A stretch of DNA of 63,883 nt, filler included, from Globobulimina sp. (lineage: Eukaryota), in assembly GCA_003354225.1 (NCBI GenBank). It is 14 parts of 14 records of this genome, joined end to end, with 100 filler letters (N's around TTAATTAATTAA, not from the genome) between each part and the next. Parts side by side here need not be neighbours in the genome. Positions count along the whole stretch, not along the records: positions 45,723 to 50,188 come from PIVH01001213.1; positions 50,289 to 54,753 come from PIVH01001214.1; positions 54,854 to 59,318 come from PIVH01001215.1; 11 more parts are not named here. One strand, given 5' to 3'. The notes under the pieces were generated by a model. The model did not search any database. It saw nothing but the letters and a program-made list of their open reading frames with translations, and was not told where the DNA came from. Positions 46,365 through 56,650 of the stretch are shown here, piece by piece. The position numbers were made by a program, and so were the translations under genes. Positions within the stretch are counted from its first letter, which is position 1, and each line of letters begins with the position of its first letter.

Positions 46365-49300
46365 ATGGAACCGGGTAACAACCAAACGAATATTAACAGC
46401 AACATTAATACTGACAATAAATCAGTTCTCAACAACGTTAACCACAATATCGCCAATTCTACAAACACTACAAACACTACACATCAACCGCCGCAGTTAC
46501 AATTACAACAACAATTAGTGCCGGTATCTGCTGCACGATTTCCAGATCCAAACCTTTCTGAATGTAATACTGCGAACAATAACAATAATAATATTTCACC
46601 ATTACCGATCAAAACGATTAATCCCGTTATTCCAGTTTGGTCTCTCTTTTTTTTTATTTTCTATTTTATTTATTCAAATTACTTATTAAATATTGTTTTT
46701 GTTTTTATTTTCGCATTCAACAAAGGCTCAATTCTCCAGTTCAAAAACAAATTCATTTCAACAACAAAAACAAATTCAAATGCAACGGTCTTCGCTTCCG
46801 CCCCCTCCCTCATTAACACCTAAGTCGTCATCCACACATTTGCAGCAACAACAAACCAACATTCAACGAAATAATCAGAACCTATTCCAAAGCTTATATA
46901 ACCAGAATGTTACGGGAATTACTCATCATTCCATCACAAATATTAATACAACTCCAATAACCACAAATGCAATGAATACACCGATTAATAATAATAATAA
47001 TACAGCCAATACGAATGGTAACCACCATCATAAAACGTATGTTTTTTATCCTACACTATGGACACACTAATTTTTTTTTAATTATTTTTCGTTGTGGAAA
47101 CACAAAAAAAACACATTTTGTGGATATGCATAAAATAAAACATTTTTGTTTAGCAAATCCGGCATTTTTGTGTTTTGGAAAATAAATAAAATAATTTATC
47201 TCTGATGCCGTGACAACAACGTTACCTAAATATTTTTGTAAAACATGACAAAAACATAATATCTCGTTTGGAAAATATGTGTTCTTCTCAAAACATTCTG
47301 TTTTTATACGTTTTGATTTAACACAAATTTATATTTATTTGTTTAAGATATCAACATCGCACTCCATTACCAGATTCGAAATTAAATTTACGACGAGGAA
47401 GACCCAAAAAATCTTCCCATTCGCACCGAAAAGCGTTTGAAGTTTAGCTTTTTCTGTTTTACGCATCATAAAAAGTGTATAATTCATGCATATAACACAA
47501 ATATATACGATATATCACCATCCAAATCCAATCGTATTTTTATGCCATATACTAAACATATAATAATATAAATATAGGCTGGACACCCACGCTTCGAAAG
47601 AGCACTACAACAATTAATCGAAATGCGACAGAAACATCCTCAGGGTTTATTGCCTTCGATCCGTGGATTTATGCAAACCATTCATATGGGCTTCGCCAAC
47701 ACAAATGCTGTCGTCAAATACTACTCCAATAACTATCTCAATATGACAGTTAAAAACATTTCCGTTTTTTTTATGCATTTTTATTTTGAAAACAATTGTT
47801 TTTTTATGTTGATCGATAAAGTTGGACGATTTCAAGAGAGATTATATGGTAATTCGTAGAGTTCGCGCTAAAACACGTAACGTTTCAGGTGGTCGACCAA
47901 AAAAATCTGCACAAACTCCGGCCGGCACAAAAATTCAAAATCACCACAAATACGATGATAAATCAGATTCCTCCGCCTCTGATTCTGATGAATATTCCAT
48001 GAAAAGGTCCGCGCGCTCTGCGCCGGGCACACATTCAAGAAACCATCACAACCATAATCATGGCCATAGTCATCACTACAGAACGCGCACAAAAGCACCG
48101 TTACAAGCACTCAAAATGCAAACTAGTAACAACAACAATAACCATCAAGCATATATGCAACAATTCCAACAGCAGTTATTAACGCAATTCGCTGCCAACA
48201 ATAACACCAATGGCGATGGCATTGATTTTAATTTCCCACTGTTTTTCGAAGGCATAGCGCATGGAAATAATAACTTTAACGACAATCAAATGCCAAAATT
48301 AATTGCCGACATCAAAACCGGTAACGATATCGAAATGCGAGATCGTGGCGTCAAATTAGAAGATTTTCGGCCAAAATTTGCTTGCGTTAAGTGTTTTTTA
48401 TATGTATCGCAATTATCGAGTTAACTTTCTATGCCATTGTATACACAGCGAGCCATAGATTTTAATGCCAGTGAATTTATAAGGAAATTAGAGAGTGATT
48501 TGGCAGTCTTAATGGAATTACAAGACAACAATAATAACAACACCGTGTCGCCCGAAGACATTAAAAAACCGCTATCCGTGGTCAGGAAACGCTTATTAAC
48601 AATGTTGGACCGGTCGTTGTATCATCAATTAGATCACAGTGAAAAGGTAACCATTGCCAAAGCCAACTTAATTGCGGGAATATGCACAGCTGCCATCCAT
48701 ACCGGATATTGCAAGGATGCACTTGCATTATACCGGCAATCGTTGACTTTATTTCGTGAGTTAAACACCGATGCGACCAACAACGGCTATGTCGGCGAGG
48801 AGGATGCTGACAAAAAGAAAGATATCGACCCCTTTATATTGTCGTTAATCAGCAATTGTAACAGCAATGAATCGGATGCAGGGAAATACTCCATGTTCAT
48901 TGTGGTGATCTATTATCAGATGAGTTTATTGTACGATAAGTCTCTCATTGAGAAAGTGCAGAAATCGCGTTATTATTTGATCCAAGCATTGAATTTATTG
49001 GTACGCGAGAACGCGATGAATAGCAACAAATATTGTATCGAAACGTTGCAGAGATTGGCACTTTTCGCATTGGAAACTGGTAAGGACTCTGAATATATTT
49101 CGATGATGATTATAACGTTGAACATACTTAAAAAATGTAATGAAAATATCGGCAAGATCTTGGATGTGGAGATACATTTTGCCAAAAATTTATTGTCGTA
49201 TGGACAGCAGTTACCGCACACAAATAATATGGCCCAACGACAGCGGTTTGAGAGCGTGAAAGCAGAATATCAGAAATTATTGACACAGATTATAAGCGAT

Positions 49301-49891
49301 GCCAAGCAGGAAAATACGACTATAAATACGGAGACAAGGCGCACTTTGTCGAAATTGTTGGAGTTGGCGAAGTTTTTATTGAGTTATAATCAGTTGGCGG
49401 AAAGTTACAAAGTGTACCATTGTATGCGTAAGATGTGCGATGATACGCAGATTAATTTGGATTTGGACTTTATGAAGATTTGGTTGACTTTTGTACGGGA
49501 GTTTATTGGGAGCATTGTCAACCAGAATACGTCACAGATACAGCAGCCAATGGGCGGGAATGGTAAGGTGTTGTGGAGTGAGCAGATATTAGAGCTGTGT
49601 GAGTTTGATGTCAAAGTATTGGAGAAGATACAACAAACCACGGATATCCAGATCGGGACAGATATTTATAAGGAATATATTTTGTGCTGCAATGCGTTGA
49701 TTGCAGTCAATGTTAACAGCGATTCGCAGATTATACAGAGATGTAAAATATATTTAAATAAAGCTGTGCTTTCGCCTGATTTAGATGTACGGCAAAATGC
49801 GCAACATATTCTACAAAATATTGATGCAAATACGTTAAATATAAATACTACAAATACGTTAAATATAAATAATAATACTACGAATAATTAA
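46365..49891 (+). CDS. Putative DNA-binding protein: N/Q-rich region, AT-hook-like motifs, small helical domain, TPR-like C-terminus; introns 46635-46725, 47037-47347, 47442-47577, 47749-47821, 48386-48448
   Basis: Five GT-AG introns give a continuous frame; RRGRPKK and GGRPKK flank HPRFERAL...LPSIRGFMQTIHMGF. Confidence 0.65.
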
Positions 49892-50648
49892 AAAAAATTA
49901 ATAAAAACATATTATATATAAAAGTTTTACTTTTTTATTTATTTGATCATTAAAAAAAAATGTTTGTTTTATTTTTTTTGATTCATATTTTTTGTTTTAT
50001 CATTCCTTTTTTTGTGTTGTCTCCCACTTTCTTTCTATTGTTTGCTATGTTGTTTGGATGATGGTCATTCCTTTTGTTTTTTTGTTATGTATCATATACA
50101 ATACATGATTCCCTCCGGTTTTTGTTTACAAAATCATGTATTATTTTTGTTGTAATTCCTGGATTTCTGGATTTGTTATTTACATTTTNNNNNNNNNNNN
50201 NNNNNNNNNNNNNNNNNNNNNNNNNNNNNNNNTTAATTAATTAANNNNNNNNNNNNNNNNNNNNNNNNNNNNNNNNNNNNNNNNNNNNTGGAGGAACGTG
50301 TGAATTCATATTTACAACATCTACACCCAATGCACTTCTGCCTCGTTTTCTCGATGGACATGGCTCGTTTGAAGAAGACATGATCAGAAAATAATAAAAT
50401 TAATTGACTTGAAAAAGGATTTTTGACCAAAAAAAGTCTGAAAATAGCCTATAAATCGAGCACATAAATGGAAATAATATAACCACTAACCGGAAATGAG
50501 AAAAGGCAAACAGTTAAAACCTCAAACAAAAAAACACAGATTACAAACAAAAAAAATATATTAATCCGATATTAAAATATTTTATTTACAAGAAATTGAA
50601 AATATATAAATGAAAAAAGATAAGTTTTGTGAGTAAAAAAAATACTTT

Positions 50649-53600
50649 TTATTGCAAATCATTAATTTGCAATTTTGCATTTACCTGTTTTAATAATTTA
50701 TTAATATGAATTAATTGATTATTTAATTTTTTATTTACCATTGCATTTTCTTTCAATTTATACTGAATAGATTTTATTTTTTTTTTGGCGTATTTATTAA
50801 ATAATTTCTTTGATTTTAGACATTTTTGTAATTTTTTGAGATCTTTTTGTGCTTTGTGTGAATTATCCAAATTATCAATTCCAGCTAAAAATAAACCAAT
50901 AAATATATTGCTGACAACAATGGTCACCACAGTCACATAAAAAATAAAATACATTGTTAATTTCATGGTCGTTGCCAGCGAATTCAAATACATAATTTCA
51001 TGCCATCCCTCACCAAACAACAATTGTATTAGACACAAAATAGCATATAACGGCGAATTAAAATTAGCAGCAATCGATGGTGCCACATCATACACTTCCT
51101 CGATGACAATGTCAGTCACATTATCCCCAAACAAAATGGTGCCCAATCTCGCCCACCAATAAATATACAAAAACAAAAATATTATCAATGATATAAATTG
51201 TGGAAACACTGTAAATATCGAATACGTCAATGTTTGATTCGATTTTAATAACGTAAATGTACGAATTAATATACCAAACTGAATAAAAGATATTTCAAAT
51301 CCTTGGTCATTGATACCATTACCAGTTAAACTCAAATACGCAGCCAAATATGCAATGGCAGTAAAATATATCATCACTAATTCAATTCGATGTATTAATG
51401 TCATCACATCTTTTTCCTCAATCGATAGTGGCCGGATTTCATTCAAATTATTGTTGGCCCAATGTATTTCTTGTGCGGATAATCGGACACTTTCCGCCGA
51501 TCCTTTATCCGCTGTCGCGGCAGTAAATGTTGTTTGTGTGGTAAGGTATTTATTGATCGAAGCAATTATATAATTTGGAACTGGATACGATTTCATATCA
51601 AAATATCTACCAAACCCAAACGAGAACCATCTCATATTAATATCAATGAAATTAAATACAAATAATACAATGAGGATATAGTCAATGCTGGCATCGGAGA
51701 AACCATTTAATCCCTTCAACACTGAGAATATATATGCCGGCATTACCATGGTAATAAGAATCATCGTATTATATTGCGGTCGGCGGATAAGATTACATTC
51801 TATTAATGCTTGCAACTTATTTTGTGGAGAGCTGGTTTTTGTTATACTATTTTTAAATTCTTGTCCTAATAAAAAGTTAACAAAGCCAACCAAATCAATG
51901 TCATCATCTTCTTTTTCTTCGTCTTGATCGTTATGAAAGACATCAAACACTTTGTGTCTATCGCTTAATATCGATCTGTTTATTAATTGTTTTAATTCTT
52001 CATGGTCGATGCCTTGATCGTTATTCATGTCTAACATGACAAACGCTGCGATGATACAAATTGTTTTTTGGAAATTCTCGCTTTTGCCATGCTTAATCTC
52101 CAATTCATTGAATGCACACTCAAACTGGTGAATTATTAATGGAATAAAGCAAAATGTTCCCAACATGCCGACAATAATTAAAAAACTTAACGCATAATAT
52201 CCTAAGGATTGGTTTTTTTTATAATATTCATTGTCGAATATATCATAAACAATTTTATAATTCTCCGCTGTGCTCATATAAACAAACGAGGTGACCATTG
52301 CTTCCCCGATGCTATAAAATGAATTTATTAAACGCTGCGAGTTATTCTCGTCTTGATTTGTCATAAAACCAAACAGTGAAATTGATAATATCGCAATGGT
52401 AAAAATGAAAAAAAGATACGAAGCTAACACCTTTTTACTTTTCCATAGCGCATAAAAAAAATCTTTTACAAAATTAAAAATCTGCATATTACGCAATATT
52501 AATAATCCGGGCAATATTGGCAGAATAAACGTGTATTTAAAGCCCATGAAATCCAATAAAATCAATAACAATAACAATCCATGCACAACAATGAGATAAC
52601 TGTACGGTCCTCGAAGTACAAAAAATAATGTATTGCCTGAATGCTGTTTGAAGAAATCCACATATTTATGCTTGAAGCCATAGTTAATTTCAAATAAAGT
52701 GATCAAATCTTTTTTATCTAAATCAAACTGAATATATCTTTTAATAAACACAAATATAAAATCAATGTACTCTAAAATAACGCAAGCAAGTAAACCTGGG
52801 AAAACCTGCTCGCTTTCAAACATACTCAGTATCAAATGTATACCAATAACTATTGCGACATAACTTGCATATAAATTAGACTCGAAAATATTTGAAAATA
52901 TGATTTTCTTTGTTGAATAATATTTATTTGATTGCCAGAAACATTTAAGAAATAAATATTTATCTTCCGTAGATGCAATAAACAGATTAGCGCGATTTGC
53001 ACAAAAATCCTTAGTCATTTCAGTGGTGCGCAAACCCACCATTTTGCCGTACTTCCTGTACCAAACAGCATTGGCAGAGTCGGTGATTATTCGTTTCATT
53101 TTATACATAATTTTGCCATAACGTTCCGCCTCTTCCTCCTCATCATACTCATCCTCTTCTTCCTCGTCGTTCGCGTTCGCATTCGAAGTTGAATACGTAT
53201 TTGAAATTCGCTTCAATAGCAACGCCACAGCAAATATAATGGACACACCCAACATTATCGAAAAGCGAATATCCTGAACATCCATTTTAGAAAAATCTAT
53301 GGTCCGCGACACTGTCCAGTCCACATTAAAACTTTCATGGTTATTTTCTTTAGTTTTATTTATTTCATAATACGAAATCCGCCCCGATTCCAAATGTGGT
53401 AAACCCAGCGGAACAGCCAACGACTTGGAGCCCGGTCTGCTATTTACATAATTTATTGGCAACGAACCTATCCCATGAATGGATACGATCTCTTCGCTCA
53501 TGACTCGAATGTCATACTGTGGATGGTCAGTGGCGATAAATGGTATTTGTTCCGCATCAACGCCGCCGCTAAACGTCAAGCACCCCTCCAACTGGGATGT

Positions 53601-54752
53601 ATCTGTAATTGTAATCATATCCGAACTCGCAATCATCGCTGCATCGTTTGCATTTGCTTCAAAAATCCATGAATGTTCTCTCACAGTTTCATTTTCATGA
53701 ATATTCTCCACAGAATGCACAAGTAATTGACTCAACGAATCCAACACCCAATCAATAGCTATAACCGCTAACACCTCGCCGTCCGCATTTTGTATGGTTG
53801 ACGACGCCGTGAGGCCAATGGTGGTAAGCTCCGCGAATACGTATCTGGACCATACGAGACTATATTTATCATTGTTTACAAAATTCGAGCTCGACATATC
53901 TCGAAAATCATTGGAATTATTCTGAGTGATACCGTACAAACTCATGGCTTCCTCCTTTGCTGTATCACAATTCTGCGTCAATTTGGGAGGATATGGGTCG
54001 TAATAGAAGTCTCTGAATGAAGTGCCCGGATAGGCCGTAGACATGGTGCCCGTGAAACTTTTGTCCAATGCCGCAATGTACCACGGCCGACAGCGCGGAT
54101 CATACAAATCCTGCTCATCAGTCATATCATTGTAGTCAGCCACATTGCCCTCGATCACAGCAAAAGCGCGTCTGACAAAATCAGTGGACTCATCGCGACG
54201 AAAATGCTGCAATTCGTTGGAGTTAGGGATGCGGATCGAACCTACGAATCGGCCCTCCGGAGTGCCGAAATAGATCATAAATGGAGTAAACTCGGAGTTT
54301 GGTCGAACGTACGATTTCATCATATTTATGAAAAACATATCCATGGCAACAGTATCGTTTCCATCTATCATTTGTTGATAATTCTGCCGGAGCGACTGTT
54401 CCACCATGTCGCTGGTCTCAAACATGTAATGAACTTCGTCGCCAACTTCGTGGAATTCATGCTTAGGGTAAATATCCTGCAACAACCTCTCTGTGGTGGC
54501 CTTCTCGTTGTACTCCCACATTACCGATACTATGGCCAAAGTGATTATTATTTGCGCAAAAGTGAATATTAACAATGCATTGGTATTGCAATGGCATTTT
54601 AATAAGGTTTTATGATGTTTTTTCGATGCACTTTTGAGCTCATAAGTACTGTCTTTGCTCTCATCCGGGTCTTCTGGTCCTGGCGTGAGATGAGAAGGGT
54701 TGGCCAGGCTCGAATTGGTAGTCTTTTGACTCAAAGATTTCTGACCCGACAT
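50649..54752 (-). CDS. dCache sensor domain fused to a two-pore-channel-like (2x6TM + EF-hand) cation channel
   Basis: TM, Cache (IYFGTPEGRF, YDPRCRPWY, WSRYVF..IGLTAS..GEVLAVIAIDWVL), TM, channel repeat I (pore SFYSIGEAMVTSFVYMSTAENY), EF-hand DMNNDQGIDHEE, repeat II (ANFNSPLYAILCLIQLLFGEGWHEIM, SNIFIGLFL), coiled coil. Intronless; the ATG is at the contig edge. Confidence 0.85.
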   Translation of the reverse strand: MSGQKSLSQKTTNSSLANPSHLTPGPEDPDESKDSTYELKSASKKHHKTLLKCHCNTNALLIFTFAQIIITLAIVSVMWEYNEKATTERLLQDIYPKHEFHEVGDEVHYMFETSDMVEQSLRQNYQQMIDGNDTVAMDMFFINMMKSYVRPNSEFTPFMIYFGTPEGRFVGSIRIPNSNELQHFRRDESTDFVRRAFAVIEGNVADYNDMTDEQDLYDPRCRPWYIAALDKSFTGTMSTAYPGTSFRDFYYDPYPPKLTQNCDTAKEEAMSLYGITQNNSNDFRDMSSSNFVNNDKYSLVWSRYVFAELTTIGLTASSTIQNADGEVLAVIAIDWVLDSLSQLLVHSVENIHENETVREHSWIFEANANDAAMIASSDMITITDTSQLEGCLTFSGGVDAEQIPFIATDHPQYDIRVMSEEIVSIHGIGSLPINYVNSRPGSKSLAVPLGLPHLESGRISYYEINKTKENNHESFNVDWTVSRTIDFSKMDVQDIRFSIMLGVSIIFAVALLLKRISNTYSTSNANANDEEEEDEYDEEEEAERYGKIMYKMKRIITDSANAVWYRKYGKMVGLRTTEMTKDFCANRANLFIASTEDKYLFLKCFWQSNKYYSTKKIIFSNIFESNLYASYVAIVIGIHLILSMFESEQVFPGLLACVILEYIDFIFVFIKRYIQFDLDKKDLITLFEINYGFKHKYVDFFKQHSGNTLFFVLRGPYSYLIVVHGLLLLLILLDFMGFKYTFILPILPGLLILRNMQIFNFVKDFFYALWKSKKVLASYLFFIFTIAILSISLFGFMTNQDENNSQRLINSFYSIGEAMVTSFVYMSTAENYKIVYDIFDNEYYKKNQSLGYYALSFLIIVGMLGTFCFIPLIIHQFECAFNELEIKHGKSENFQKTICIIAAFVMLDMNNDQGIDHEELKQLINRSILSDRHKVFDVFHNDQDEEKEDDDIDLVGFVNFLLGQEFKNSITKTSSPQNKLQALIECNLIRRPQYNTMILITMVMPAYIFSVLKGLNGFSDASIDYILIVLFVFNFIDINMRWFSFGFGRYFDMKSYPVPNYIIASINKYLTTQTTFTAATADKGSAESVRLSAQEIHWANNNLNEIRPLSIEEKDVMTLIHRIELVMIYFTAIAYLAAYLSLTGNGINDQGFEISFIQFGILIRTFTLLKSNQTLTYSIFTVFPQFISLIIFLFLYIYWWARLGTILFGDNVTDIVIEEVYDVAPSIAANFNSPLYAILCLIQLLFGEGWHEIMYLNSLATTMKLTMYFIFYVTVVTIVVSNIFIGLFLAGIDNLDNSHKAQKDLKKLQKCLKSKKLFNKYAKKKIKSIQYKLKENAMVNKKLNNQLIHINKLLKQVNAKLQINDLQ

Positions 54753-54900
54753 ANNNNNNNNNNNNNNNNNNNNNNNNNNNNNNNNNNNNNNNNNNNNTTA
54801 ATTAATTAANNNNNNNNNNNNNNNNNNNNNNNNNNNNNNNNNNNNNNNNNNNNTTTCTCCTGAAAATATATAATGTAACATATAACACTATATTATATAG

Positions 54901-56547
54901 GCTCATGAACGTACGTTGCATACAGATATTTTGTTTGGTTTATTGAAGGATATGTGCCGAGCCCGCAAGGATTTGAAACTGATCATCTCCTCCGCCACTT
55001 TGGAGGCGTCCAAATTCTGCGATTTTTTCGACAACGCGCCTCAATACAAAATCCCTGGCCGCTGCTTTAAAATCGACATTTATTACTTGAAAGCGCCAGA
55101 ACCTAACTACGTGGAAGCAGTCTGCATTTCAGTCTTACAGTTCCATGTCACGCAGCCATTGGGCGACGTGCTAGTTTTCCTGACGGGTCAGGAAGAGATT
55201 GATCTTTGTAAACAGTCGCTGGAGCAACGCACGCGCAAACTGGGCAAACGCATCCGGGAATTGATAATCCTGCCCATTTACGCCAACTTACCCGCGGAGC
55301 AACAGATACGTATATTCGAGCCCACTCCGGCCAATGCTCGCAAAGTGGTGCTGGCCACCAACATCGCAGAGACCTCGCTGACCATTGACAACATTGTGTA
55401 TGTCATTGATCCCGGCTTCAACAAACAAAATAATTATTGTGCGCGCACTGGCATGGACTCGTTGTGTGTCACTCCGATCAGTAAAGCTTCTGCGGAACAA
55501 AGAGCCGGTCGAGCCGGCAGAACTGCGCCGGGTAAATGTTTCCGGTTATATACGAAAGCAGCGTTTAGCAATCAAATGGAGGAGATGACCATTCCTGAGA
55601 TACAGCGCACGAACTTAGGCAATGTGGTGCTGTTATTGAAGTCGCTGGGCATTAATGACTTGATTCATTTTGATTTTATGGACGCGCCGCCCGCCGAGAC
55701 TCTGATGCGAGCATTGGAGCTGTTGTATGGTTTGGGCGCGTTGAACAATTGCGGTGAGCTCACCACTTTGGGCCGGAAGATGGCGGAGTTCCCCGTGGAC
55801 CCACAACTTAGTAAATGTTTGTGCGAATCTGGCAAATATAAATGTTGTAAAGAGATACTGACGATTGCCGCCATGTTGTCTGCCAATCATCAAATTTATT
55901 ACATTCCAAAGGATCAGGATATTGCGGCGGATACACTGCATAGAAATTTTTATAGGTTACCCGGTGGCGATCATTATACTTTGTTGAATATATACAATCA
56001 ATGGAGGGATGATACGAATTATAGTAAGAATTGGTGCGAACAGAATTTTTTACAGTTCCGAGCCTTGAACCGGGCGCGAGATATTCGAGAACAATTAGAA
56101 GGTTTATGTGAGAGAGTTGAAATTGATGCGAATGTGTCGGTTTATGATGAGAAGAATGGGAGTTATCGGAATGAGGAGGATGATGATGTTGGGAATGTCA
56201 ATGAATTTGAATATATTGGCTGCGCGTTGACTGCTGGATATTTTTTCCATACTGCGAAAATTACAAATAATGGGCAATATAAAACAATTCGATTTAATGA
56301 GGAAGTACAAATCCATCCATCGTCATGTTTGTCAAAATCTGAACTTTTGCCGAAATGGATATTATTTCATGAATTGGTTTTGACTTCGTCTGAATTTATG
56401 AGAAATGTAATTGAAATTCAACCAAAATGGATCACGGAGGTTGCTCCACACTTTTACAAAAAAGAAGCTGTCGAAAAAGCACAAGCTAAAATGCCAAAAA
56501 ATGCAATTCGGAATCAACGACTCAATCCAAATAAATATCAGTATTAA
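54901..56547 (+). CDS. DHX16: Spliceosomal DEAH-box helicase Prp2/DHX16, 5'-partial (exon starts after an acceptor at 54900)
   Basis: (DE)[53 protein letters not shown]2 and OB-fold tail; DHX16-type residues. Confidence 0.9.
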   Translation, partial: AHERTLHTDILFGLLKDMCRARKDLKLIISSATLEASKFCDFFDNAPQYKIPGRCFKIDIYYLKAPEPNYVEAVCISVLQFHVTQPLGDVLVFLTGQEEIDLCKQSLEQRTRKLGKRIRELIILPIYANLPAEQQIRIFEPTPANARKVVLATNIAETSLTIDNIVYVIDPGFNKQNNYCARTGMDSLCVTPISKASAEQRAGRAGRTAPGKCFRLYTKAAFSNQMEEMTIPEIQRTNLGNVVLLLKSLGINDLIHFDFMDAPPAETLMRALELLYGLGALNNCGELTTLGRKMAEFPVDPQLSKCLCESGKYKCCKEILTIAAMLSANHQIYYIPKDQDIAADTLHRNFYRLPGGDHYTLLNIYNQWRDDTNYSKNWCEQNFLQFRALNRARDIREQLEGLCERVEIDANVSVYDEKNGSYRNEEDDDVGNVNEFEYIGCALTAGYFFHTAKITNNGQYKTIRFNEEVQIHPSSCLSKSELLPKWILFHELVLTSSEFMRNVIEIQPKWITEVAPHFYKKEAVEKAQAKMPKNAIRNQRLNPNKYQY

Positions 56548-56650
56548 TATATTAGTTTTATTGTATTATCACCTTTTATTTATTGATATTCCATTGTTTT
56601 TATTCTAGTTCACGGCCACATTGTTTTTGGTCCAGTCCTCAAATAGTTAA

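Noticed and set aside
54950-55820. GC-richer segment in DHX16 (and in SSADH exon 4) as HGT or contamination
   Set aside because: Lies within continuous, intron-associated eukaryotic genes; better explained by within-gene codon-usage variation.
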